DNA of 64,000 nt from the human T2T-CHM13v2.0 reference genome, Homo sapiens: the NCBI RefSeq assembly GCF_009914755.1, contig NC_060929.1. One strand, written 5' to 3'. Below, one piece after another: positions 1 to 14,290 of this stretch. Made by a program: the position numbers and the translations under genes. The notes under the pieces are model-generated. The model was not told the origin of the DNA. It ran no database searches and saw nothing but the letters and a program-made list of their open reading frames with translations. Every line of letters begins with the position of its first letter. The first letter of the stretch is position 1.

Positions 1-1679
1 CCTCTAATCTGAACGTAGACACTATTTGAAATTAATGGTAGATAAAAATTAATAGAGAGTTTTAATATTAAGGAAAATTTTCAGGATCTACAATGAAATT
101 AAAAGAACACACAAACACAAACAATGAACAAAAAGCTTTACAAAAGGCAGTCTTGCCTTAACAAGAAAGGATCCTTTCCCCCCACTGAAATTATACTTTT
201 GGGCTTAGAAGTGACTTCTGAGAAGGCTTAACCATGGGGCAGGAGGGTCATATTTTCTATTATCATGAGTTTTGTAATAACCAAATGAATTAGAAAATCT
301 AGGTTTATGGATTCAAGAGAAGTAATAGTATCATTGAAAATATTGATTCTCTTCTCACTGAATAACTTTGGATATTTGCTGTTATAGGAGAGATGACTTT
401 TGATTCATTATTTATCACCTGGATAAATTCAGTATTCCCCTGCACAAATTCTATCTTATGAGTAGTAACTCCAGATACTCTGGTCAAAAATACATATTTG
501 GAATCATATTAACCACATTTCAGATCATGCAAACCACCTTCATATGTTAAGCATAATTATTTCTAAGATTTGGAGACTCAAGACAAATTAATTATTGTTT
601 GGCTTCTCAACATGACTGTATTGTGCAATAAAAATATAGATGATAGAATAATCACAGCAGTATTGCAACTAAAAAATAGATATCAGGCATAAAATCAGAA
701 AGTAAACATAATATTTTAAGAATATTTTATAAAGATAAACAACAGTTGCACAAGAAAAAAAGTAGCCCATCTGATAGGACAAACCTAATATTTTGTAACC
801 TACCGGAATTTTTATACACCTCAACCTAATATCTCATGCAAAAGAAAGTACAACATACCACTTTATTTTAAAAGTACTCCTAGCGATATTGAAAACTTAA
901 GAGTATAGAAAAAACAATCTAAATCACTGCTAAACAAAACATTTGTTATACCAAAATGTATCATAAATCAATAATCAATAATCATAATAACTGAGTATTG
1001 TTATAAATAGCTCTTGAGTAGAATTTCTATTATACTCTTAAAATTAGGGAATACATACTGTTTAAACTGAGAAGGTGTCAGTTCTCTTAAAATTAATGCA
1101 CAAATATTTGTACTACAAGGTTTAATGACTTTGATCTCTTTATCTTTATAAGATTTTATCTATCAAATTTGTCTGAGACACCACTGACTATTAAGTTGAG
1201 AAGTAATAAAAAATAACCAAAACCTCCAACATATTACACTAGTCAAGATTGGTCCTGAACATACAGTTTCTTACCCCTAACTTGGAATGTTTTAAAATTG
1301 CAATTATATTAATTCATTTTCTTCTGGAATGTTTAACAGATATATTTGTTATCAATAATATGTAATTAATATCATGATACAGAAAAAAGATATTAGACAT
1401 TTTAACTATAATTATGTTGCAGTAAGTTGGTATTAAATAGTCTCAATAAAAAAGCTGTAATAATGTAAGTCATATGCTGTTTACTGTGTGTGCTCGTGTT
1501 AATGTCTTTTGTTTCCATAGAAGTGATTTGGTAATTATAATTTTGTAATATTTTGCACTATGTAATGAATGCAGAAATGGATTAAAGGAAATAAACCTTA
1601 TTTCTCTTTTTGGTCCCCTACCACATAACATTACACATAGCATTGTATAGCACCCTGCTGAGTTTTCAAATATTCATAT

Positions 1680-1951
1680 GAAGGAAAAAGAAAGAAGCAG
1701 AAGCAGAAGAAGCAGAGGCAGAGGTAGAAGCAGAAGCAGAGGTAGAAGCAGGAGGAGAGGAAGAAGAAGAAGAAGGAGAAAGAGAAGAAGAAGGAGAAGA
1801 AGAAGAAGGAGGAGGAGGAGGAGAAGGAGAAGGAGGAGGAGGAGAAGGAGAAGGAGGAGGAGGAGGAGGAGAGGGAGGAGGAGGAGGGAGGAAAGAGGAG
1901 GGAGGGGGAGGAGGAAGGAGGGAGGGGGAGGGGGAGCGCGAGGAGGAGGAA
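1680..1951 (+). repeat. Polypurine low-complexity tract (AGAAGC/GAA/GGA repeats)
   Basis: About 270 bp of almost only A/G, grading from (AGAAGC)n through (GAA)n to (GGA)n; explains the Arg-rich ORF 1678..1992. Confidence 0.95.
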
Positions 1952-3267
1952 GTATTTTAGGCTATGAGTTACTGAATGCTAGTTTCTACTGAAATTAATT
2001 ATCCCTTACTGGTTTACAAAAATGTTAAATCTATACTGAATGAGTATAAAGATTTAGTAGTAATTGTGAAAAAATATATATTTATATAATTTTTTCTTTA
2101 AATTTGAATTTCGAGATCAATTTTCTCCTAGGTTACTGATCATTTTATGATTTATCTAATAATAAAAATTCCACTATTTGTTTACATGTATAATTTGCAA
2201 GTGAATCAAGTTCAAGTTAGATAAGTTGATAAAGAATTTATTGGAACTTTCTTTTTCTTCACTTGTAAAGGCTTTGTCATTATGAAGTCTGACTTGGACT
2301 CTTCAAAACTTAGTGACTCACCCCAAATCAGTTTTGTTAGTGTTGTATATTTTAATGTAGGCCACCTAATAATTCATCTACATGCTTTCTTTCTCCCTTT
2401 CCCTCATCACAAAAGAAAGCACTTTTCATATCGAAGCACATTTTGTAGATAGTCCATTTTTGCCAGAGCATATAGGAGTGTTATCAGTACATAGCATAGA
2501 CCTTCAATAAATTCTTATTTAATTTCTTTGATGTTACATGGTTTGGGGCCCAAAATTTAGTCATGTGGGAAACATAAATATTATAAATTTTAAAAACAGC
2601 AGTGAGACAAATAAGCTTAAATGACTCAAGGGCTAAATACAATCACATGAGAAATAAGAAACTCCAACTGCAATAACTATATACATAATTTAAAACTAAA
2701 GCATGGCCCATATCTGCTCTTTGCTAATCGTGTTGATAATGTTTGTTTATATCACAAATGTACATTACATAGCCTTACTGAAAACCTGCTTTTTCTGTTT
2801 TTGTTCTCAAATAAAATGAAAACCTAGCCTGTGGTGGACTATTGTATGCAATGAATTTGCCAGGAAAAATGTTAATGGTCTTTAAAATAAAGCAGCCTAT
2901 AGTTCAGTATGCAAAGCTGCTCCTATTCAATCTAGAAATAAGAGAAACATATAGTGAAAAATCATCAAGGAACTGGAAATCTGAGCATCAATGTAAGCTT
3001 TTTAGTTACTCCATTTGAATCTATTTCCCCAACCTCATTGCGGTACTGTCCTCTTGTGTGTCAGGATGATTACACATGAGCACAAAATGGCAAATGCTAA
3101 ATTCAAGTGGATAATACTGCTAGGTCCAGGGCAATCAGGCAATCAGGGAGATTAACTAAGGCATCTCCTCTTATTCTAATGTCTGCTAAAATCTTCCTCT
3201 TTACATATTTCACATATCAATTTTGGACTATTCTTTGAAAAGATTTTGGGTATTCTCTACATTTCTA

Positions 3268-3296
3268 ATACTTTTATTTTTTGTGAGTACATAGTA

Positions 3297-3356
<60 letters not shown>

Positions 3357-4668
3357 ACACGAGATATTTTGATACAGGCATGTAATGTGTAATAAACACA
3401 TCAGGGTAAATGGGGTATCCATCACCTTAAGCATCTGTCTTTTGTGTTACAAACAATTAAATTATACTCCTAGTTATTTTTAAATGTACAATTACTTTTT
3501 TTTTTACTATTGTCACCCTTTGATACTAGCAAATACTGGGTCTTATTCATTCTTTCTAATTATTTTTTGTACCCATTAACCATCCACCCCACACCCCACT
3601 ACTCTTCCCAGCCTCTGGTAACCATCCTTCTGCTCTCTATCTTGATGAATTCAATTATTTTCATTTTTAGCTCCCTCAAATAAATGAGAACATGTGAAGT
3701 TTGTTTTTCTGTGCCTGGCTTGTTTCACTTAACATGATGACCTCCAATTCCATCCATGTTGTTGCAAATGACTGAATCTCATTATTTTTTATGACTGAGT
3801 AGTACTCCACTGTGTATATGTACCACATTTTCTTTACCTATTCATGTGTTGAAGGACACTTAGGTTGCTTCCAAACTTGGCCACTGTGAACAGTGCCATA
3901 ACAAACATGAGAGTGCAGATATCTCCCCAATATTCTGGTTTTCTTTCTTTTAGATATACACCCAGCAGTGGGATGGCTGTATCATATGATACCTCTATTT
4001 TTAGATTTTAGAGAATTCTTCTTCAACTCTTCTCCAACTCCAAACTGTTCTTCTAGTGATTGCACTAATTTACATTTGCACCACCAGAGTATGAAGATAC
4101 CCTTTTTCCACATCCTCACCAATATTTGCTATTTCCCAACTTTTGGGTCAAAGCCATTTTAACTGGGGTGAGATTATATCTCATTGTAGTTTTGATTTGC
4201 ATTTCACTGATTATCAGTGAGGCTGGGCACCTTTTCATATAACTGTTTGCCATTTGTGTGTCTTCCTTTGAGAAATGTCAGTTCAAATCTTTTGTCCATT
4301 TTTAATTGGATTATCAGACTATTTCCTATAGAGTTGTTTGAGCTCCTTATATGTTCTGGTTATTAATTCCTTGTCAGATGAGTAGTTTGTAAATATTTTC
4401 TCCCATTCTGTGGGTTGTCTCTTCACTTTGCTGACAGTTTCCTTTGTTGTACAGAAAAGTTTTTAACTTGATATGATCCCATTTGTCCACTTTTGCTTTG
4501 GTTATCTGTGCTGGTGGGGTATTACTCCAGAAATCTTTGCACACACAAATGTTGTGGAGAGTTTCTCTAATGTTTTTTGTTAGTAGTTTTATAGTTTGGA
4601 GTCTTAGATATAAGTTTTAATCCATTTTGATTTGATTTTCGTATATGGAAAGAAATAGGGATCCATTT
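3268..4668 (-). mobile_element. L1 (L1MA-type) 3' UTR and end of ORF2
   Basis: T-rich tail followed by antisense L1 3' motifs (GGGGTATCCATCACC, TTCCATCCATGTTGTTGCAAATGAC, GTTTTGATTTGCATTTC). Confidence 0.9.
3300..3353. repeat. (TA)n microsatellite
   Basis: About 27 uninterrupted TA units inside the L1 3' UTR. Confidence 0.98.
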
Positions 4669-4674
4669 TATTAA

Positions 4675-5045
4675 ACAGTCCCTCCATGGGTTGACATCAG
4701 CTGAGTTTAGCCTGGGTTTGCTTTCTGCTGTGACTGGATAGCACTGAGTTCAATGTAATGTCTCACAATTGCTGCACTCTCCTTCCCCATGCACACAGAT
4801 GCTCTTTCTCCATCATGCAGCCACTGCCATGGGATTGGGGAAGGGTGATGTTGTCGACTCAAAAATATCTTTCCTACCCTCTCCAGTGCTTCTTTTAGAG
4901 ACATGAAATTAAAACCTGGTACTGTGAGTGCTTAGCTAATTTTTGATTCCTATGAAGGTGCACTTTTGTGCAGATAGTTGGTTAAATTAGTGTCCGTGTT
5001 GGGGGAATGACTGGTGGAGCCTTCTATTCAACCTCTTGCTCCACT
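4675..5045 (-). mobile_element. L1M/L1MA extreme 5' UTR fragment
   Basis: Antisense L1M 5'-end motifs (TTAAAACCTGGTACTGTGAGTGCT, GGTGGAGCCTTCTATTC) abutting the 3' fragment in the same orientation. Confidence 0.7.
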
Positions 5046-5339
5046 TCTCTCCCCATTAGTTTGTATTTGTTTTAAGTGGTTACCACCAGAGCTCTAAATA
5101 TTCTGTTTATACCTGTGAGTGATGTTGACAATATTCAACAACTTGTACTTCATAGGTACTCAACAATTAGAATGCCTGTGCTGCCACTGTGTTCTGGATG
5201 AACATTATTCTAATGTTTATAAATATTATATATAATATATACATTATATTACATATATTTTATATATGTCTGTATATGTATGTGTGTATGTATATGTATA
5301 TGTATATAAACGTGAAAAATACTAAATAAACAGATGTTG

Positions 5340-6320
5340 TCAAGCTGGTGAAATAGGGGATTTCTACCATCAATCCTCTTGCAAATGCATCAATTTTGAC
5401 AGTTACCCATGGATGAAAGTACCCTTGTGAGTGTCCAGGAATCCAGCAGAAAAATTTCAGCACACTATTGGAGCAAAAAATCTGAGAATCAATGTTAAAG
5501 AACAGTTTCATTGTACGTGTCACCCTTCCCTCAAGGCATTACAACTTAGTGCTAAGACAGATTCCATACATTTACAATTTCTCTCATAAAGGAAAGTGAG
5601 AAATTAGTGGGTAAGCACCCAGCTTCCCCAGTTATGTGGGATGCTCCCCAAGAAGTCCACTTCATTCTTGCCACACCCATAATACTTAGGTAATTAGCAC
5701 AGTTAGCTGGTTTGGAGATGCTGGGAATAGGGAAGAGGGTCCATGTACCCTGTTAACAACCCCATGGCCTACAAGAACCCTGTTCATAGACTGCTTGAGC
5801 CACCTCACCTACGTACCTCCCATAACTGGCCATTGGGCACTCCATACACTCAGTGTGCCTCACCAGCACCCAACCAGGCTTGCTCTCCCAGTATGCTTAC
5901 ACAAATAGAAAGTGTAAGCATCTCCTCCTATGGAGAACTGATATAATTCTATGGGAATAAAAAAAGTCAGAAACTGGAGCATTTCAGGGCACCGCCCTAT
6001 TGAAAACAAATGGGAGGCTCTCAGCATAGGCTTTGGCTGATGGAGAAAAGACATAATATCTTAAGTATTCTCCCAGGAAATGAAAAAAGATATGAAGGAA
6101 AAAAAAAAAACAGAAAACAAAAGAAAAGGTCTCAGAGAGTCTCAAAATCCTTTGCCTAACTGGTGAAGGCACTTTCCTCTTGAAGTTAGAAAAGATAGGA
6201 GAAGATGATGACTGCTTCTTCAAATATGAAGATAGAAACACAAGACTTCAAGGAGCACACACGAAAAAACAAAACAAGGAAACATGGCACCACCAAAGGA
6301 ACACAAAAATACTTCAGTAA
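5340..6320 (+). mobile_element. Old L1M 5' UTR and ORF1 start
   Basis: L1M 5' motifs ending in AAGGAAACATGGCACCACCAAAGGAACAC. Confidence 0.65.
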
Positions 6321-7422
6321 ACAAGGGAATCTTTATACATTGTTGGTGGGATGTAAATTGGTATAGCTATTACAAAAAAAAAAAAACAGTATGGATGATC
6401 CTCAAAAATGTTAAAAATAGAACTACCATATGATTCAGCAATCTCACTCCTGGGTATATATATCCAGAACCATTTTGTTAGAAAGAATATCTTTTCTCCA
6501 TTCGATGTCTTGGCACTCTTTTCAAAAATTATTTGAACAGATATGTATATGAGGGTTGATTTGTGTGCTGTACATTCTATTCTGTTGGTGTATGTCTGTC
6601 TCTATACTAGTAATATCCTAATTTGATTACTTTTGCTTTTTAGTATATTTTGAAATAAGGAAGTATGAAACATCTAGTTTAGTTTTTTTTTTTTTTTTCA
6701 AAATTGTTTTAACTATTAAAGGTACCTGGAGATTCCGTCTGAATTTTAGGATGGGTTTTTTTCTATTTCTGCAAAATAATTCACTGGGATTTAGATAGGG
6801 ATTGGGTTGACCTGTAGATTGCCTTGAGCAGAGTGGATATTTTAACAATATCATGTCTTCCAATCCATGAATGTGGGATAGGTTACTATTTGTTTTCAAT
6901 TTTTTTAGCAATGTTTTAGAGTTTACATGGTACAAATTCTTTACTTCCATGGTTAATTTCTAATTATTTTATTATATTTATACTATTACATGTGGAATTG
7001 TTTTAATAATTTTCTTTTCAGATTATTTTATTATTTGTATATAGAAATGCAACTAATTTTTGCACATTGATTTTGTATTCTAATATTTTGCTGAGTTTAT
7101 TTATTAGTTCTAGCAGGGGTTTTTTGTGGAATCCTTAGGGTTTTCTACATATACAATTATGTCGTCTTCAAGCAGACAAAATCTTACTTCTTCCTTTCCA
7201 ATTTGAATTCTTTTTATTTATTTTTCTTGCCTTATTGCTCTAGCTAGGACATTCAGTACAGGCATAACTCAGTGATACAGTGGGCCTGGTTACAGACAAC
7301 CACAATTAAGTAAATATCTTAATAAAGCAAGTCAAAAGTTTTTTTCGATCCCTAGTGCATATAAAAGTTATGTTTGCACTATACTGTACTCCTTTAGGTA
7401 TGTAATATCATTATGTCTTAAA

Positions 7423-7425
<3 letters not shown>

Positions 7426-7475
<50 letters not shown>

Positions 7476-7510
7476 TATACACATATATATAAACACATAT
7501 ACATATATAT
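7426..7510. repeat. (TA)n/(CA)n compound microsatellite
   Basis: Seen directly, inside Tigger1. Confidence 0.95.
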
Positions 7511-8197
7511 GTCTTAAGAAATACTTTATTGCTAAAAATTGCTAACAATCATCGAACCTTAAATGAGTTGTAATTTCCTTGCCTGTGAAGAGTCTTACTG
7601 CTGACTGATGAGAATAGTGGTACCTGAAGGTTGGGGAGGGTGTGAAACACTCTTTTAAAAAGACAAAAATGAAGTTTGCAATATTAAATTGATACTTTCT
7701 TTAAAGAAATATTTCTTTTTAACATGCTGTTTGATAGCATTTTACCCACACTAGAACTTCTTTCAAAATTGGAGACAATATTCTCAAACTCTCCTGCAGC
7801 TTTATCTACTAATTTTATGTAATATTCTAAATCATTTTGTTGACATTTCAACAATGTTCACAGCATCTTCACCAGGAGTAGATTCTATCTCAAAAAAACA
7901 CTTTCTTTGTTCATCTATAAGAAGCAACTCTTCATTTGTTAAAGTTAACATGATATTGCAGCTTCTTCTAATTCTGGTTCTCTTTTTATTCTGCCTCCAC
8001 TTCTAATTCTTGTTCTCTTGTTATTCCCAACACATCTTCAGTTACTTCCTCCTATGCGGTCTTGAATCCTTCAAAGTCATCCATAAGGTTTGGAATTAAC
8101 TTCTTCCAAACTCTTGCTAGTGGTGATATTTTGAGCTCCTCTTGTGAGGCATGAATGTTTTTAATGGCATCTAGAATGGCGAATTGTTTCCAGAAGG

Positions 8198-8512
8198 TTT
8201 TTTATTTTATTATTTATTTTTTTATTTTTTGAGATGGACTCGCATTCTGTCACTCAGGCTGGAGTGCAGTGGTGTGATCTCGGCTCACTGTAACCTCCAT
8301 CTCCCGGGTTGAAGCGATTGTCCTGCCTCAGCCACCCCAGTAGCTAGGATTATGAGCGTGCACTATCATGCCCAGTTAGTTTTGGTATTTTTAGTAGAGT
8401 TGGGTCTTCACCATGTTGCCATGGCTGGTCCTGAACTCCTGGCCTCAAGTGATTCAACCACCTTGGCCTCCAAAAGTGCTGGGATTACAGGCATGAGCCA
8501 CTACCCCTGGCC
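8198..8512 (-). mobile_element. Alu (old J/S type) inserted in Tigger1
   Basis: Full antisense dimer; approximate TSD CAGAAGGTTTT / CAGAAAGTTTT. Confidence 0.95.
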
Positions 8513-11500
8513 ACAGAAAGTTTTAAATAAAATTTGCCCAGATACATCACAGGAAACACTATCTATGGGAGCTATCACCTTAGAAAATGCGTATCTCAAT
8601 AGTACAACTTAAAAGTGGAAATTACCCTCTGATCCATGGGCTACAGAATACGTTTGTGATAGGAGGCATAAAAAGAACATTAATCTTCTTATAAATCTTC
8701 CAGAGCTCTTGGGTGACCAGGTGCATTGTCAATGAGCAGTAATCTTTTTTCTGAGCAGTGAGTTTCAACAGTGGGCTTAAAATATTCAATAAACCATGGT
8801 GTAAACAGATGTGCTGTCATTCAGGTTTTGTTATTGTATCTATAGAACACAGGCAAAGTCAATATGGTGTAATTCTTAAGGGCCCTAAGATTTGGGAATA
8901 GTACAAGAGCATTGGCTTCACTTAATGTCACCAGCTACATTAGCCTTGAACATGAGAACCACACTGTCTTTTGAAGTTTTGAATCCAGGCATTGACTTCT
9001 CTGTGGCTATGAAGGCCTTAGATGGTATCTTCTTCTAATAGAAGACCGTTTCATCTGCATCGAAAATCTGTTTAGTGTAGCCACCTTCGTCAGTGATTTT
9101 AGCAAGATTTTCTGGATAGCTTGCTGTCACTTCTACATCAGCACTTGCTGCTTTGCCTTGCACTTTTATATTATGAAGATGGCTACTTTCCTTAAACTTA
9201 ATGAATCAAGCTCTGATAGCTTTACACTTTTCTCCTGCAGGTCACTCACCTCCTATGAGCCTTCATTGAATTGAAGATAGTTAGGACCTTGCTCTAGATT
9301 AGGATTTGGCTTAAATAAATTTTGTGGCAAATTTCTATCTAGACCCCTAGATCTTTTTCCCTATTAACAATAAGGCTCTTTTGCTGCCTTTATATTTGTG
9401 TGTTCAGTGGGGTGGCACATTTAATTTTCTTTAAAAACTTTTCCCTTGCATGTCCAATTTGGCAACTGTTTGGCAGATGAAGTTAAGGTTTTTGCTCTGT
9501 CTTAGTTTTTGACATGTCTTTCTCACAAACCTTAATCATTTTTAGCTTTTGATTTAAAAGTGAGAGAGATACTACTCTTTCTTTCACTTGAACACTTAGA
9601 GGTCATTGTAGAGTTATTAATTGGCCTAATTTCAATATTGCTGTGTCTAAGGTTATAGAAAAACCTGAAAAAAGGGGGAGATATGGGTGAAAAGCCAGTC
9701 TGTGGAGCAGTCAGAACACACACATTTATTGACTAAGTTTGTCATCTTATATGGGTACAGTTTGTGGCACCTCAAAACAATAGTAACATCAAAGATCACA
9801 GATCACAAACTACATTAACAAATGTAATAACAATGAAAAAGTACAAAATAGTGTGAGAATTAGCAAAATGTGGCAGAGAGACACAAAGCAAATGCTGTTG
9901 GAAAAATTGCACTGATAGACTTCCTCAAGGCATGATTGCCACAAATCTTTACTTTAAAAAAATTGCAATATAGTAAAGCATAATAAATAATACAATGAGG
10001 TACACCCGTACTATATTAAATAGAAGTGGTAAAAGTGACATATTTGTCTTGTTCATGATCTTAGAGGAAAAGTTTTCAGTGTTTTATCATTAAATATGAT
10101 ATTCACACTGGATTTTTCATATATGATTTTACTATGTGGAGGTAGTTTCCTTTTATTCAAAGTTTATTGAGTATTTTTATCATGAGAGGGTGTTGAATTT
10201 TGTCAAATGCTTTGTCTTCATGAGTTCAGATGATTTTTGTAAAAATTCTGTAACGTGGTATATTATACTGATCAATTTTCATATGTTGAACAATCCTTGC
10301 AATCAGATATAAATCCCATTTGCTCATGATGTAGAATCATTTTAACATCCTGCTGAATTCAGTTTGCTAGAATTTTGATGAGAATTTTTGCATTAGTGTT
10401 CAAAAGCTATATTGACATATAGTGTTTGTTTTTTCTAGTGATGTTTCTGGCTGAATTTTGTAGAACGGTAATGCTGGCCTCATGGAATTATTTCAGAAGG
10501 ATTACCTCCTATTCAATTTTTTGCATAAGTTTGAAAATAATTGGTATTAGTTTTTTAAATGTTTGGTAGAATTCATCAGTGAAGTTGTCGGGTCCAGAGC
10601 TTTTCTTTTTAGAGACACTTTTCTTCATTAAATTCAATCATTTTACTGTTTATCTTGGTTATCCAATTTATTTTTGGACAATTATTTACAGTACTCTCTT
10701 AAAATATTTTTTATTTCTAGCTAAAGACTAGACTAATTAAACTAGAATAGTCTAGTCTAGCTATAATTTTCTCAATTCTATTAAACTTTTGAGGAACAAA
10801 TTCAGTTTTAGTGATTCTATTCTTTCTCTAACTCTTCACTAATCTTTATTGTTCTTTTCCTTCTGTTAGCTTTGGGTTAGATTGTTCTTTTTTTTTTTTT
10901 TCTAGCCCCTTAAGTTGTCCAATTAGGTTGTTGATTTCAGATTTTTCTAGTTTATTAAAGTAAGCTTTTATAGCTATCAATTTCCCACTTAGTATGCACC
11001 CTGTAAATTTTGGTATGTTGTATTTTTGTTTTCATTCCTCTTTATGTATTTTCTAAATTTCTTTATTTTTCTTTGATATACTGATAGTTTAGGAGTGTAT
11101 TTTTTCATTTCTATAAATTTGTGTATTTTCCAGTTTTACTTCTGCTATTGATTTCTAACTTTATTCTGTTGTGGTCAGAAAAGATACTTTGTGCGATATC
11201 TCTCATTCTAAATTTATTGAGACTTAATTTGTGACCAAATATATGTTCTATCCTAGAAAATGACCCATGTGCAGTTAAAAAGAATGTGTATGTTGTTCTT
11301 TTGGAGTAGGGTGTTCTATATATACTCGTTAGACATAGTTGGTTCAATGTGTTAAGTCCTCTATTTCTTCATTTATCTTCTGTCTGGATATTTTATCCAC
11401 TCTTGAGTGGAGACTTGGAGTCTCCAACTATCATTGTAAAACTCTCTTTTCCCTTTAATTCCATGACTTTTTTTGACCATATATCTTGATGACCTGTCCT

Positions 11501-12899
11501 TAAGTATGTAAACTTTTATAAATGTTTTATCTTCTTCCTATATTGAACCCTGTGTAATGTCCTTCTTTTTCTCTTATAAAATTTTTTTATATACTTTGTT
11601 TGGTTTTAATATAGCCATTTCTGATTTCTTTTGGTTACTATTTGCATGAAATAATCTTTTTCTATCTTTTCACTTTCAATCTGCTTGTTTCTTTGGATTT
11701 AAAGTAGTTTCTTTCTTTCTTTTTTTTTTTTTTAAAGTGAGTTTCTTGGAGACAGTGTATCTCTCTTCTTATCCATGGTGCCAATCTCTGTCTTTTAATT
11801 GGAGGGTTAAATTTATTTTCATGGAAGTAATTACAGATAAGGAGGGACTTCTGTTATTTCACTACTTGTTTTTATAGGCTTTACTCCTTTTTTGTTTCTC
11901 ATTTCCTGCATTATTTTCTTATTTTGTGTTTAGTTGATTTTTTGAATTGAAGTGTTTAAATGTTTCCTCCTTTTTCTTTGTGCATATACTACAGCTATAT
12001 TTTTATGGTTACTATGGGAGTTACATTTGACATTCTAAAATTATCACACTCTAATTTGAATTTATATAGCTTAACTTCAATAACACAAAACTCTGCCTCT
12101 TTACAGCTTCATTGCCAACACATTCAGTTGTTTGGTATTCTTATGAAATACATATAGCATGTACAAGGTTTTCTGATATCTCATCCTCCTTTCTCAACTA
12201 CCATCAGCAATATTGATAGAAGAATTATGCTTTACTGCATCAGTCTTTCCTCAGGGAGTCTTAGACCCACTTAACTTAGTGCGGTCTTCTTTCAGGGCTC
12301 ATTCTACAGCTTCAAATGGGAGGTAAATACCTCATGTATAAATGTAATATGGGGAAGAAGGGGAAGTATGCAAACCTGAACCACAGTTTTGCCAAGAATA
12401 TTTTAATCCACCATCTAAATTTTAGGTATTTTCCTCCCTTCTGCTTATGAAACCTGAGGATTTCCAGGGTTTCTGCATTGCTTTCTACTACAAGACTTTT
12501 TTTTTTTTTGCTTATAAAGTGAGATGTGATCCCTTCTCTTCTAATACTCTAAATATCAAAGCTCAGTTTACATTCAAGGTGATGAATAAAAAGAACAACT
12601 TTCCTCTCAAAAGTATAAAATCAAATGTCAGTTACTTTAGGGAAAAGGGAAGCCCATGCAGAATAATAACCCAGTTCAAATCCAGTAAGTAAGCCAGAAA
12701 ATTTCAAGTCTTAGACTTGACTTCAATTGGTCCCTAATTGGCAGAGGCACCAGATACCACACAAGAGACAAATGCAAATCCTCTTTTAATAGAAATAATC
12801 TTATTCTATTCTTCAAAGTAGCCCTATAAATATAGTATTTTGCAAAAGTTATATTTAGCACACAGCCAAAGGCAATAAGCACTGGAGGAAACTACACTC

Positions 12900-13617
<718 letters not shown>

Positions 13618-13759
13618 TTTTGTTGTTGTTGTTGTTGTTATATTTTGTTGTTTGTTTGTTTTTACAGATCTAGATGAGGAAATTTCAGATTTGAACTCTG
13701 ATAAAGCTGCATTAGGAATTTACAGGAAGTGTATGTTTTTTTTAAAAAAATTGTGAAAT

Positions 13760-14290
13760 AGAATCCACTACACATGAATGTGAGTGGTGATAAAGAAGGA
13801 CAGATTGAGCATCGCTTTAAGATTTCCAGCTTAAAAGATTGGATGGGCTCCAAAGGAGGGAAAGTGTTCATTTTTTCTTTATACTGTTGAGTGCCTGAAT
13901 GGAGATTTTGAACATTAAAAAAATATGAGTCTGGAATGAAATGCAGATATGAGTGTTTCTTGTATAGATTTTTGTTGAAGTTATGAGAGCAATTAAAATG
14001 ATTAAGAAGAAAAGGATAACATCACACAGAATTAACAGTTAATGGTTGTGAAAATGACTGAGAAGGAAAATCAGAGAGTTAAGGGGAGAACCAAGAACAT
14101 GCTGTCTCAAAATTCAAAGCAGGGAAAAATTTAAAAAGGAACAAATGATTAAGTATAAAATATTTCATTTCTGAGTAGGTAAGAAAAAATACATTGAAGC
14201 TGGTCTGTATTTTAAAGGAATTATAGAAGAGTTATAAAGTTCTATTGAAGACATTGAGTATAGGCAATGTCTGTAAAGAAAGAGAAAGAG
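13760..14290 (-). mobile_element. L2 fragment
   Basis: Purine-rich L2 motif GACTGAGAAGGAAAATCAGAGAG...GGAGAACCAAGAACATGCTGTCTCAAAA. Confidence 0.6.

Larger units (their letters stand above)
7259..10008 (-). mobile_element. Near full-length Tigger1 DNA transposon (TcMar-Tigger), decayed
   Basis: Degenerate TIRs CAGGCATAACTC...GAGGTACACCCG, TA duplications at 7257-7258 and 10009-10010, about 2.4 kb after removing the internal Alu and microsatellite. Confidence 0.88.
6466..12150 (-). mobile_element. Old L1 (L1M) ORF2 to inter-ORF region, split by Tigger1
   Basis: ORF 11111..11347 (YTFFLTAHGSFSRIEHIFGHK...SIFSDHNRIKLEIN) matches the L1 ORF2 endonuclease domain; L1 sequence rejoins across the Tigger (CTAGGACATTCAGTA|CTATATTAAATAGAAGTGGT). 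Confidence 0.9.

Noticed and set aside
1505-1540. Plus-strand 10-nt micro-exon candidate (ccatag|AAGTGATTTG|gtaatt)
   Set aside because: Not frame-preserving, modest donor, and no supporting context.
1678-1992. Arg-rich, protamine/SR-like 104-aa ORF
   Set aside because: It is the translation of an AGA/AGG simple repeat, with no other gene evidence.
2779-2879. Resemblance of IFPGKFIAY to a CDC14-family motif
   Set aside because: Only a few residues match and the flanks do not fit; not enough for a gene call.
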